Assembly (NCBI RefSeq): GCF_001194135.2
Contig: NC_068988.1
Location: forward strand, 31,388,429 to 31,440,145
DNA from: Octopus bimaculoides
Taxonomy: Eukaryota
Direction of reading: 5' to 3'
DNA length: 51,717 nucleotides
Shown here: positions 36,843-50,100 of the stretch, one piece after another
Numbering within the stretch: position 1 is the first letter of the stretch
Layout: each line of letters opens with the position of its first letter
Notes under the pieces: generated by a model
Databases searched by the model: none
Told to the model about the DNA's origin: nothing
Seen by the model: the letters and a program-made list of their open reading frames with translations, nothing else
Position numbers and translations under genes: made by a program

Positions 36843-37814
36843 TATGGATTCAAAGGGCTTTAGATGGAGCACATTTCCGACATGGAATATTCAAGATCCT
36901 ACTTCGCACTATTAATCAAAGCAAGGATTACAAGTGTTTACTATAAACGAATATATTTGATAATATAGTCTTCTATATTCTATGACTAAAAATATAGACT
37001 TCTATATTCTATACTGAAAAATAAAATGGAGGTTTTGCAATGGAATGCTTTCATTTATAGGTCTTCTCAGTTAACTAGGGACTCAACGCCTCATCTACAC
37101 TACAACAGCGGAAGCAACAGCAATAATAACAAAATTAAAAAAAAAATAAATAAAACAAAAGATTTTTCTGCTAACGTTTTCGAGATTTTCGGACGTGATA
37201 ATTTTCTAATTATTCTTCCCCTGAAAATATATTCGTCATCGTGCTTGGTCGAAGGAGACCAACGTATATCTTTAATTGATATAGTCTTGTGATGCTGTTG
37301 GTTTTAGCTCTTCTCATACTAGAATATGAATAAAACATTTTTGTTTAGCAATCAAGTACGCTTTTTCTTTTTGTAATATAAAATCTGTTGTACTACTTTG
37401 AATATATTAAAAAGTAGATTTACGAGCAAATAAATTAGGTGGGTGTTTTTTATCGTCATATTATTATTGCGACACAGGTGACTTCGGAATTGTAGAAGTG
37501 GAATAGTAGCAGATTAAGTGTTGTGATAGTTACCTACATACTTCTATATTCTGATTTCCAACTCAGCTGAAGTTGATACTGTCTTTCATTCTAATGCGTT
37601 GCTGAAATAATTATGCCAATGAAATATTAGCTGTATTGTTTCAGCGATAATATCCTCTTTCAAATTATATTTTTTGTTTGTTTCTAATATGAGAAATCAA
37701 CTTAAAAAGACATAACCACCTCTCGAAAATAAATATGTACTGTGTTTTCTCCAACTATTTTAGATAACTATGTATTCGCAGACCGGCATACACACCTTGT
37801 TAGCCATACCACTA

Positions 37815-37912
37815 CCACCTATATTGATCCCGAAAGAGAGGAAAGGTAAAGTCAACCTCAGAAGAATTGAAACTCAAAATGTGAGCGCTAACGATTCTGC
37901 CAGCTCGCTGCC
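37815..37912 (-). mobile_element. SINE family A, internally deleted
   Basis: gatcccgaaagagaggaaaggtaaagtcaacctc...ctaacgattctgccagctcgctgcc. Confidence 0.75.
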
Positions 37913-39333
37913 TTGCGCCATTCAATTATGGAGATCAAGTCAACAACCTTCTGCTTTTCAAATATTTCTCTAAACAGAATTTATGACATTTAGCCTCTGT
38001 AATTTTTTATTATTTGTGAATTGAATACCTCACAATATTTGGTTTCGTTTTCCCGCGGGTTTTTGGGTTATATCCAATTGTGATACCCTTAGCTTTCAAT
38101 ATCTTGGTGACGGTAAAGTATATGTAACTGGCTTGACATAATCCACTATACGCACACCCTTCAAATCTACTGTGTTATATACTAGCGTTCGAGCATCAAG
38201 ACCAGTAAGGAGGCAGCAATGATAGACATAACCACCGTAACAGTGGAGTTGTTGCTTGCTTTGACATCTTTGCTAGCTGTAGCAAAATGTTGATTCTAGA
38301 GTAATTGTTTAACAGGCTATATATGGGTTGACTCTGAAAACTGTGGTAATGCTTTAGTACAACATAGCAATGAAACAAAGAAGGCTTCTCGATAAACAAA
38401 AAATATCGAGGGTTAAATGTAATAAACGACTATAGTAACCGCAAAACAAGAAAAGGAAACAGTAAAATGGCACGCGACAATATGAACAACAACCTTGCTG
38501 TTATCACATGAACATCCAACTGCTTCCTTCACATATACCATCATCATCACCCATTGCCTCACCATCAGCCATAGCAAGAAATTGGACACAAATCTATCGT
38601 AGCTCAGGTCAGCGAAACAACTTAAACTTTCTGCTACTCTTGCAATAAATATTGCTATAGTCATCGCTAGCATGACCACCACCGTTGTTTCTACGTCAGT
38701 TGACACCTCCATCCCTTCTGGGAGCAACATTAATAGCATCAACAGTAATAGCAAACAGATATGGCACAATTTATGCAAAGAGCGAGTAGTTTGCAAACGT
38801 ACCAAGTGTCACCGACCGACAAGAGATTCAGAGTGAAAGAGCCGAGACAAGTCACAGGAATCTTCCGTGAGATGACAATAGATTCAAAGTGTCATAGAAG
38901 TGCCTGGATATAAAAAGTCGACGAGTGGAGAGACCAACACATGTGTAAACTGAAAAGTAGCTGATCGCCTTAATTAAGCTGTCAATTTCATTCGATTTTT
39001 GTGACAGTGAAAGCCTCTAGTTCTACATGCGCTGTGTCACCAGCCATCAAAACGATATTCTCTTCACAACAGAGAGCAAAAGTAGGAAGGCTTGCACTTG
39101 TGCCAGTATTACATCCACTGTTGCAACAATACGCCACAACCAGCATCAAATAAATAGTCCACCGGTATTTACTCCCGAAACATGGTGCGCCTGCAAATTC
39201 CTTTCCCATATATATTATTTTCCTCACAGAATATCCAGCGACACAGATGTCTCAAACCGAACATCAACGTCAGCAACAGTGTAACTCATAAATGAATACC
39301 GTGGACCTACCAGTAATGTGGGGATCTGACGCT

Positions 39334-39545
39334 GCAGGCTGGGAGATTCGTTAGTACATCGGGCTAAATGATTAGCGGCATTTCGTCCGCCTTTACGTTC
39401 TGAGTATAAATTCCGCAGTGGTTGACTTTGCCTTTTATCCCTTTCGGCATCTAATAATTAAGTACCAGTTAAATACTGACGTCGATGATGTAATCGACTT
39501 ACAGTCTCACGCGAAGTTGCTGCCCTGTGACAATATTTGAACGAA
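39334..39545 (+). mobile_element. SINE family A, near full length
   Basis: ttagcggcatttcgtccgcctttacgttctgagtataaattcc...gactttgccttttatcc...aagtaccagtt...gatgtaatcgactta. Confidence 0.85.
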
Positions 39546-41056
39546 TAATATGGGGACCTGTCAATACCATGAGCTTTGCTCCTTTTTCTTTTACGTAGAG
39601 AAGAAAAACTTTGTGACCTTGTAACAACATAACCTTGTGGTTTTGTCGTTAGTTCTAACAGAGCAGTTCTATGAACAAAGGCATCCCATACATAACCATT
39701 CCATCATTCTCTCCATATATATATTTTTGTCTATATTCTCTACAAAATTGACAACTATTTCCCGAAGGTCAAGCGGTTGGTTACTCGAGTCAGAGTAGTA
39801 CATCAAATGTACAGCCAGGTTAAAACAACTACCTATATTTTGTATATATTTAGCAGCTTTCACTTTGAAGTACGCAACTGAGTTACGCTCTTATTTTCCT
39901 CTGAATGTATTATTACCCGGAAGATATTCTGGTTGGAAAATCTGTGAGCGACTGCACATATCATGGGCACTGTCCCTTTCCGCTTCGGCTAGTAAAGAAT
40001 TCATTTCGAGGTTTTCTATTCATTACCATTAACATTATAAATTCGTTTCCATTTCCATGAATTTTAATCCAGGTAAAAACAAAAATATATACATGTAAAT
40101 ATAATTTTAACGAATCTATTGTAACACGTTGCAAAAATTCTGGCTATACAGTTTCCAATTAACATTCTACTGTGCCTAATGAAACGAAAGAAATTCAAAG
40201 CATTTTCAAACTTTCTGATTAGTTATTTCGAATCGGGAATTTTCTTTCTGTATTTTGGAACGTTTTCTTATTCCCATTTGATTAAATAGTTATCCAAACG
40301 ATCTTCGTCAGGTTTTGTATATATGTACGTCCGTGCGTCTGATCGGATGTGTATATGTTGGCATGTATGTTTGTACGATTGTATGTATATATGTATGTAC
40401 GTACGGGCACTCTTATGTATGTAGGTATGTACGCATGTATGCATGTATAAGTGAAAGTATGAATATGCTTGGAGCTTTGTTGTTTATATTTGTTTGTTTT
40501 TCCTTTCATGTATTGTCTGATTATTATTATTTCGCCGTTTTTCGCATAGCTTCATCTTCTTTATTAACTTATCAATCTATCATTGTTGTTTGTCTATGAT
40601 ATTTGCATTCCGAGACTTTTCATCTGTTCTCAGTGTATATTCGTGTGTGCGCGTGGCGTGTAAATCTGCGCGCGTTTGTATTTTTTGTACACACACACAA
40701 TCACATGCACATACTTCTCAATAACTATGCTTCCATCTTTACCTTACCTTGCTCTGTGTCATAATCTACGTATCTTCTACAATTGCTACGTTATTTATAC
40801 ATCACATTCATTCCTTTATACATAACATTCATTCTTTCCTTCAATTTTTTTGTTTTATAGATCTTGCGTCAGCTTTCACTTTTCACATAGTATGTACATA
40901 AAAGACTTCAATATTATTTCTACCACCCTATTTTCTCTATCTTTCTCTAACCCAATTTTCTCTCTCTCTATCTTTCTGCATGTGTGTTTACATTTATATG
41001 CATATATATACATACATACATACATATACATACATATATATATATATTTATATATA

Positions 41057-41613
41057 TACTACATATAAGGTAATATATGTAGTATACTACATATATGGTA
41101 ATTCTATCACGCAGTCTCTTAATCGGAATTACTCATTATTTACTCTAGTTACATGGTCANNNNNNNNNNNNNNNNNNNNNNNNNNNNNNNNNNNNNNNNN
41201 NNNNNNNNNNNNNNNNNNNNNNNNNNNNNNNNNNNNNNNNNNNNNNNNNNNNNNNNNNNNNNNNNNNNNNNNNNNNNNNNNNNNNNNNNNNNNNNNNNNN
41301 NNNNNNNNNNNNNNNNNNNNNNNNNNNNNNNNNNNNNNNNNNNNNNNNNNNNNNNNNNNNNNNNNNNNNNNNNNNNNNNNNNNNNNNNNNNNNNNNNNNN
41401 NNNNNNNNNNNNNNNNNNNNNNNNNNNNNNNNNNNNNNNNNNNNNNNNNNNNNNNNNNNNNNNNNNNNNNNNNNNNNNNNNNNNNNNNNNNNNNNNNNNN
41501 NNNNNNNNNNNNNNNNNNNNNNNNNNNNNNNNNNNNNNNNNNNNNNNNNNNNNNNNNNNNNNNNNNNNNNNNNNNNNNNNNNNNNNNNNNNNNNNNNNNN
41601 NNNNNNNNNNNNN

Positions 41614-41671
<58 letters not shown>

Positions 41672-41783
41672 TTATATATATACTACATATAAGGTAATAT
41701 ATGTAGTATACTACATATATGGTAATTCTATCACGCAGTCTCTTAATCGGAATTACTCATTATTTACTCTAGTTACATGGTCA
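41057..41783. repeat. Identical 103-bp sequence on both sides of an assembly gap (41057-41159 and 41681-41783)
   Basis: Exact duplication from tactacatataagg to acatggtca. Confidence 0.9.
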
Positions 41784-41911
41784 TAGACTCCAGTTGCCAC
41801 TTCTACAAGAATTTCTGCCTTTTCACAAAAATTTCCTTTTTCTTTCAACTCATTTATTCACATCAACATTGTAATTATTATCATTATTGGTTTTCCTCTT
41901 CTAACGTTAAG

Positions 41912-41983
41912 ATTCTTCTTCTTCTTCTTCTTCTTCTTCTTCTTCTTCTTCTTCTTCTTCTTCTTCTTCTTCTTCTTCTTCTT

Positions 41984-42075
<92 letters not shown>

Positions 42076-42091
42076 CATTATTATTATTATT
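41912..42091. repeat. Compound (CTT)n-(ATT)n microsatellite
   Basis: Directly visible, near-perfect. Confidence 0.95.
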
Positions 42092-42472
42092 TGAAGTCTA
42101 TTATGTTTTTTTTTACGTTTTCCTTATAATAGCCCCATTCTTGTTTTATTTTTTTCTGCAAATACTTAACGCTTGATTCTCTTTACTTCTTTATGCTTGT
42201 TTCTTTTCTTCTATTGTATTCTCTCCTCTCATATACGTTTGTCTGATATTCTCTTATTTTACAAATCGGCATAGTTTCCTCTTAACTCACTTTTTTACGT
42301 TATTTGAGTACTTCCTGTATATATGCATACATATACACATTCATAGGATCATACATGAATACATATATGTACATATGCACAAATTCGTGGTCACACTTTA
42401 TAAAGTCGCAATCACAGTTACACATATACTAAACAAATATCTATGTATGTGTGTGTATATATATACATATAC

Positions 42473-42509
<37 letters not shown>

Positions 42510-43411
42510 CATGGGTGCAAATATTTGTATGTGCCTGTGTGATCACACGTGTCTATATATTCGTGTTTAATATTCACATCCAGACTTGTCATATTTCATA
42601 ATGTCTTTTGTTCACGTTTATTCAACTTATAATGGTATTATTATAGCTTCCATCACTGTTATATCAACGATTATTAATATTGCGTTTTAAATTATCACTG
42701 TCATCATCATCATCATTATTGCCTTTGTTGTTGTTATTATTATTACTATCGTTATCATTATTGTTCATTTTCTTTCGCGCACCGTTTTGTTGTACTTCCG
42801 GTAGTGGATTTCTTGATATCGAGCGGCATCTCGTAATGGTAGGCATAAAATACCTTTCTTATAGAACTGACAGTGTCAAGCAAAGAGTCTGGAATTTCAC
42901 ATGATAACCATTCTAACTCTTTGACTAAAGTTGCATTCGGTGCCCACACGTACACGTATTGCGAAATTTTATAATAGAATTGTGAAGTGCCCTAAATCAC
43001 ACGAACCAGTAATCTTTCATATTATATTTAATTAGGTTATTTTGATTCTGGTGGGCGTAGGTGAAGATAGGTACGAACACTCAATTGAAGATAGTGAGTT
43101 TGAAGTTTTTTATTTAAAGACGTGATTATTGAATGCTGCACTATTGTGCTGCAAATCTACTTTAGCTTCTCCACATGTCTTAATTGTATGTTATTTTTAT
43201 TTTTCTCCACGTGTCTTAAGTGATCTCCCACTAACATGCAGTGTGAACTGAGAGCACTAGTGTCTCAGCCTTCGTAACACTACCTACCTCTCCTCCCTAA
43301 ATTGTAGTACTCGGCAGAAAACATGAATGTTGAAGGTAATGAAAGAAAGAGTATGATCGCGAATACAAGCAGCTGAAATCGGGTTACTCTAAAATATCTT
43401 TGGAGTAACGT

Positions 43412-43495
43412 AACTGGACAGGGCACGTAGCTAGGATGAGCAGCACTGAAAGGTCACGACTCCGATACTACGGACATGTAAAGAGAATGCGGCCG
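43412..43495 (+). mobile_element. RTE-like LINE ORF2 C-terminal fragment(s)
   Basis: In frame NWTGHVARMSSTERSRLRYYGHVKRMR; the GHV.RM motif is typical of RTE/CR1-group ORF2 ends. Confidence 0.55.
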
Positions 43496-43769
43496 TTGAG
43501 TTCGCTGGCAGGAGACCTGGGGCTTTACCAATAACGAGATGGTTGGATAATATCCACACACTCAGTTGCTCGCACTAACGATCCAGCCCTAAAGGTTAAT
43601 GAAAGTGTCTTGTGGTAGAAGCCTATGAAGGAGGTGCTTGAGAATTCTACTCCTACAACCTTCCTACGAACACAGGGCGGAAATGATGCATTGATTCTTT
43701 TCCTTTTTCTGTGCATTCCACTTATGTTTTTCTCTGTTTTTTCTCCTTGTTTTCTCCGTATTCTGATTT

Positions 43770-44200
43770 CTATTGTCCCTAAACTTCTTCCATATGCTAT
43801 CAGTTCTGTCCTCCACTTCGCCATAATTTTTCCAAGCAATCGTTCAACATTCGATGCAATACTAAATAGGTTCGTACATTCCATAATCCAAGAATGTAGG
43901 ATCATATCGGACGCCTTACGATAATCGATCCATGACATGGCTGAGTTAGTTTTCCTCCTCTTGCAGTCTCTAAGTATAGTTTTGTCTATCAGGAGTTGAT
44001 CCTTCGTACCTCTGTCCTTACGCTTGCAACCCTTTTGCTCAGGTGGCAGAACAATTTTTTTTTCAGATGTCTGTACATTTACTCTGCAACTGACTGAGCT
44101 TGTCATGGTGACGCTGTTATGAAAGGACATTAATAGAGTGGGATATATTTGGTAATTTTAGGTACATAATTCTATTAAAAAGAGTTAAAGATTTTTGGCA
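43770..44200 (-). mobile_element. R4/Dong-like (RLE-type) non-LTR RT fragment
   Basis: [58 protein letters not shown]: RT subdomains 2-3 with the EQKGC and WIDY.KA.D...HSW signature. Confidence 0.8.
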
Positions 44201-44299
44201 AAATGCTTGTTAGTGGTTTGTGACTATTGATAATGCACTTGGAGACGCGTCAGCCTGTGCGATTCTCATGTGTATTCATCAAAATCTCCAGCACATCTC

Positions 44300-44900
44300 A
44301 AACAATCATAGCGGCGACAGCCGATCATTCCTGACAATGTTTCTACAATTCACGATTTTTCATTTCTCGTGAAGTTTGATTCTTATTGAGGTTTGTATCG
44401 TCTGAAAAGTAGATCGATGAATGTTCAAACATGTCTTCTTTTACTCCGTCTCCCGTGAAATGGTTTCGACAACAACGTTGCTTACTTCACCAGCAATATC
44501 TTCCAAATCGTAACCACCTTTGGGCAATAGTAGTTGTTATCTTGAGCAAGTTTCCCTATAATCTTTTCTTTGTACTTCATTGACACCAGTCGATGTTTTG
44601 TACAATCCTAATCATTTTATGGAACGCACCATGCTTTTATCATGTTGCATGTACTTGATACATTCAGCAACGCTGGCTTAACAGATGTTCTGAAGAATAT
44701 TATTTTGATTTTTCTGGATAGATCTGACTTCCAAATCTTTTCCATTTTGTTCATTGCAGCCTAGGCTTTGGTGATCCTAATGTAAATATCTCTTTATGAT
44801 GAACTTATCCAGCTGCACATTGCAAAGAAAGACAGGAATAGATCTGTAATCAGTAAAGCACTGATCAATTCAGATTATACTTCTAATCTTAGAGTTCACC
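44300..44900 (-). mobile_element. RTE-clade LINE ORF2 3' fragment, degenerate
   Basis: RDIYIRITKA*AAMNKMEKIWKSDLSRKIKIIFFRTSV and GNLLKITTTIAQRWLRFGRYCW*SK resemble the post-RT region of RTE ORF2. Confidence 0.7.
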
Positions 44901-45655
44901 AGCTATTTGGTTACAGTTCTAGGGGCCAGCTGTTTCAGACTGGCTTTAACAGTCAGAAACGTGGCACCGGTTTCAGTTTGTAGACCAAATAAACAGTTAT
45001 CTAATGGGAGGAGTCTTCAAAATGATTCCCTGATGGTTCTAATCTCGCTTTTCATTTCCATTTTCCTGCCACACGGAAGAGCCTTGCCCATGTATTGAAT
45101 ATATTTTGGGATTTTTGACTCCATAAAATAAGGTCTTTGTAGTTATTCTGCCTTTGGAAGATATTTATTTTGTGTCTCAACTCTCATTTTTGACAGCTCC
45201 AGCTCTGTTTGAAAACTCATCTTTTTAATGTCTCACATCCGTCGTCGCTCCTGTGGCGAATAAAGAAACGATTATTATGATTGTTATTTATTAATACCTT
45301 CTACTTCATTACAGCTTTAATTCGTGTTTCTTTTTATATAGTTCTTGTACATTGTAGTCATCATCCATATGCCTATGCATCAAACACGACACGTAGATAC
45401 GCACAAACACACAACACACAACACACATACATATATGTAAATATAAGTGTATATACATACATATATATAAGTGTATATAAGTGTATATATATGTATGTAT
45501 ATAAATATAAATATAAACGGATGTATATAAGTATTTACATATATTTATGTGTGCATATATATATACTTAAATATGTATATATATACGCAGACACATATAT
45601 CCATTTATTTAGAGATATGTTAAATTATGATTGTATGCATACATATACATAAATA

Positions 45656-45699
<44 letters not shown>

Positions 45700-46492
45700 N
45701 NNNNNNNNNNNNNNNNNNNNNNNNNNNNNNNNNNNNNNNNNNNNNNNNNNNNNNNNNNNNNNNNNNNNNNNNNNNNNNNNNNNNNNNNNNNNNNNNNNNN
45801 NNNNNNNNNNNNNNNNNNNNNNNNNNNNNNNNNNNNNNNNNNNNNNNNNNNNNNNNNNNNNNNNNNNNNNNNNNNNNNNNNNNNNNNNNNNNNNNNNNNN
45901 NNNNNNNNNNNNNNNNNNNNNNNNNNNNNNNNNNNNNNNNNNNNNTATATATATATATATATATATGTATTTATATATATGCATATATTATATATATATA
46001 TATTCATTATTTTAATAGAAATTTCTATTCATAGTATTATTGTATGAATTTTATATTCACAGGCTTTTTCATAAATATCTTTCCACGCGTCAGTAATTTG
46101 CTCCGTCGTCAGCAATAGTACCGTCCCCTTCCCCCACTACGCCTACACCAATACCAACACCAACAATACCACCACAAGAATGTTATTGTTATTTCTACAA
46201 CAATAAATAATGGCATCATAATTCTTCTTTATTACCATTCAGAAGATATTTGTCAAGATACCAAAATAAAATACAAGCACACGCATACACTACAAAAAAC
46301 AAACGCACATATACTTACACTAAGGGATAAATATATGCATACTCATACGTACACTATAGATAAAGCACATTCTTCAAAGTATCTACACCCTCATATACAC
46401 ATATATAAATGTGTACTTTTATATATGTATCTTAAGACAGCACACAAGTATAGAGGTAACTTTCTTTTGTGTACAGACACACACACACACAC

Positions 46493-46561
<69 letters not shown>

Positions 46562-46843
46562 AACATGCAAAGGTATTGAAATATACCTAGGTATATACAT
46601 ATGCAGGTATACAAATGAAGGGGCCTATAAATATATGTTTAAGTATATGTATATATATATATGTATGTATATATGTATATATATATGTATATATGTATGT
46701 ATATATATACACACATATATCTATATATACAAGTATATGCATAAACATACGTGCTTGTGTACGTGTTTATTGAATGTAGAATTATTGTATACATTTTTAT
46801 ACACATGCTACACAACACGCGCAAGAATATATGTGGTTATTCA

Positions 46844-46882
<39 letters not shown>

Positions 46883-47505
46883 NNNNNNNNNNNNNNNNNN
46901 NNNNNNNNNNNNNNNNNNNNNNNNNNNNNNNNNNNNNNNNNNNNNNNNNNNNNNNNNNNNNNNNNNNNNNNNNNNNNNNNNNNNNNNNNNNNNNNNNNNN
47001 NNNNNNNNNNNNNNNNNNNNNNNNNNNNNNNNNNNNNNNNNNNNNNNNNNNNNNNNNNNNNNNNNNNNNNNNNNNNNNNNNNNNNNNNNNNNNNNNNNNN
47101 NNNNNNNNNNNNNNNNNNNNNNNNNNNNNNNNNNNNNNNNNNNNNNNNNNNNNNNNNNNNNNNNNNNNNNNNNNNNNNNNNNNNNNNNNNNNNNNNNNNN
47201 NNNNNNNNNNNNNNNNNNNNNNNNNNNNNNNNNNNNNNNNNNNNNNNNNNNNNNNNNNNNNNNNNNNNNNNNNNNNNNNNNNNNNNNNNNNNNNNNNNNN
47301 NNNNNNNNNNNNNNNNNNNNNNNNNNNNNNNNNNNNNNNNNNNNNNNNNNNNNNNNNNNNNNNNNNNNNNNNNNNNNNNNNNNNNNNNNNNNNNNNNNNN
47401 NNNNNNNNNNNNNNNNNNNNNNNNNNNNNNNNNNNNNNNNNNNNNNNNNNNNNNNNNNNNNNNNNNNNNNNNNNNNNNNNNNNNNNNNNNNNNNNNNNNN
47501 NNNNN

Positions 47506-47558
<53 letters not shown>

Positions 47559-48774
47559 TGGTAGCGTATTTTTTTTATTGTGAATCTGTGTTTGCGTGTA
47601 TGTGTGTGTTGTTTGTGTTTTGTTCTCTGCCGCTTGTTTTCCCTCTACGCTATATATCCTTATAGGACTTCCTTCTGCATTGAAAAGTTCACCTTCCTTA
47701 CGTTGTTTTGAAGAACACATTTCACTTGAAAAGCTTATTTGATTCATATACTCTTTTACTTTCATACTGATTCAAACCAGGGCAGCATTTTTGTTGTTGT
47801 AAAATAATGGTTTCATTACAATAGAATGAAGATTACCCATGACCTTCGTGGACCTCTGACATTGATGGCGTGGTATGAAGAGAAGAGGAAAGTACGATAA
47901 ATATAATCGCAATAGAAACAAGGTATCAAAATGCTCAGTTACCTTTAGACGGGAGAAATGGATTGAATATTTGCAAGTGAGTAGAATACATTGAAGGTAC
48001 CCAGTAATCGTGAAATGATGTTCAACCAGGCTTCAAAATTTATCTACGAACCAGACACAGGTATAGTTTATCTAATATACTTCTGTACAACTGCAAGTGG
48101 AAGCCAGACGATTAGGAATGAAAACCTGCACCAATACCTGGTACCATTGCTGAGTGCTGCCACAGATAGTGCTCTACAAAATTCTGTGTGTTTGAAATTT
48201 CTTCAGATGAGGCATTTCGTACCATAGTCCAGATGTATAAATAACATATGGGAACACAAAATATTATTGAAATGTAAAATTAGTTGGGATTCGGTTCAAT
48301 AATGATCAAAGTTACTTAAATACGTTCACATCTTGATGCACGTAACTAATATTTCTCGGAAGTCTATTGAAGATTTTCGAATTGTTAAATAACAATCCAT
48401 TTGTAGTCCCATCAGTTTATTTGTTGTCTAGTTCTAGTTTGTGGGAAAGAAAGAGACAGAGCAGAAGAAGAAGAGAGAGAGAGGAACACACACAAACAGA
48501 CAGAGAGAGGAGGAGAAAGAGAGAGAGGGAAAGTGGAAGTGAGAGTAGAAACATGACATGTAATATCATACAGTTCGAGGTATGCACATCTCCAAATTTG
48601 GTACAATTCTTTCCAAGAACGCTAAACTATAAATTGCTGCGAGCTTCTCAAGGTGTTTCCTCAAAAAAATCTATTTATGTTGTATAGCTATACATTCACA
48701 CACGCGCGTGCGTGTGTGAGTGTGTGTGCGACAGTGTGTGAGAGTGTGAGTGTATGCCCACGTGTGTGTCTATT

Positions 48775-48814
<40 letters not shown>

Positions 48815-48999
48815 NNNNNNNNNNNNNNNNNNNNNNNNNNNNNNNNNNNNNNNNNNNNNNNNNNNNNNNNNNNNNNNNNNNNNNNNNNNNNNNNNNNNNN
48901 NNNNNNNNNNNNNNNNNNNNNNNNNNNNNNNNNNNNNNNNNNNNNNNNNNNNNNNNNNNNNNNNNNNNNNNNNNNNNNNNNNNNNNNNNNNNNNNNNNN

Positions 49000-49488
49000 G
49001 TGAGTAAAATCTATTTGCCAACATAAAGTGGCAGTCCTGATTAGGACGATGTTACTAACTTTTTTAACCCCAGGAAAACATCTTTTCAGCTGGCTACCGA
49101 CGCACAACTGCATCCTTATACCTCAAACAGGGACGCTAGTATCCCAATTCAGCCTGAAACTGTACGCGGAGCATGGCTTCTGGGTTGCTTCTCTTCATCG
49201 GCACAGGATAACCGTTGGCTAGAGATCGTAGCACTAGGCATTGCTCGAGGCATCTACTTTTAAAGTGACACACAGACACTGATCTCGTAAAGAGGAAAAC
49301 AATTAGTTTTAAATCTCTGAGGGACCGTTTAAGGGTGAATAGGAACATTAGCTCTCTTGTTTGAGGCATAACGACGCAGTTGTGCGTCGGTAGCTAACTG
49401 GAAAATATATTTTCCTGAGGCTAAAAATGGTAATGACATCGTCCTAATCAGGACTTCCACTTTACGTTGGCAAATGGATTTTACACTG
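49000..49488. mobile_element. MITE with ~140-bp TIRs and a Tc1/mariner-type CAGTG/CACTG-TA end
   Basis: Arm 49000-49140 matches the reverse complement of 49347-49488 (gtaaaatc.atttgccaac.taaagtgg.agtcctgattaggacgatgt...gctaccgacgcacaactgc); right end is CACTG followed by TA; left end abuts a gap. Confidence 0.85.
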
Positions 49489-49504
49489 TAGTACCGTTAC
49501 TACT

Positions 49505-50100
49505 TACTTCTCGCACTCAGATTCCACCACGGCCTCAAGACGGATCTGGAACCTGGCGCATGCGTACCTTGCAGTTTTTTCGAAAACCGACATGATCTTG
49601 GCCACCATGTCGACCTACTGTAGCAAGTAGAACGGTTTGTGTCTTTCTTAACTGCGCCTCACACATAGTAACCCATGGGATTAAAAACGAGAGAATTAGC
49701 AGTTCAGAAATTGAAGTTGGAGAAATTCACCGACAGCCACTTCTAACTCTTTCCAGAATAATGGCGAAGAGAAAAATCCTACTGCCACATATGGCCTTCC
49801 GGTAGCAATGCTCTCCATCCAGGTTTTGACCACAGTGACTTGCAACCTCACAGAACCACCTAAATTCAGTCTAAAGTCCAATTCAGAGATGTGGGGCAGG
49901 GAGACATCACACCCATTGGAGATATACCTGAAAACCAGCACAGTTTGGGGTACTTCGATTTCCATGATACGTGGGACATCAAATTGATTTTAGACAAGCC
50001 ACCTGTTGTTCTGGGTGTTGTGCGATTGGCCCTAAGAAGACCAGATCATCCCTGGCTCAACATGTTTCTCATGAACAAAAGGAGACAAAATTCTTGAAAT
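49505..50100 (-). mobile_element. Second maT-like Tc1/mariner transposase relic
   Basis: HNTQNNRWLV*NQFDVPRIM, VVKTWMESIATGRPYV/WQ*D, PMGYYV*GAVKKDTNRS and ARYACARFQIRLEAVVESE; same family type as 18921-19825. Confidence 0.8.

Noticed and set aside
44920-44960. GAAACAGCTG with an upstream GACTG/CAGTC stem (minus strand)
   Set aside because: Lacks CUGANGA and the UH site; likely chance.
47840-47855. DR4-like nuclear-receptor element TGACCT-N4-GGACCT
   Set aside because: An isolated short motif with no supporting evidence.
47991-48227. 78-aa ORF with GT donor-like sites
   Set aside because: No recognisable homology and no coherent exon boundaries.
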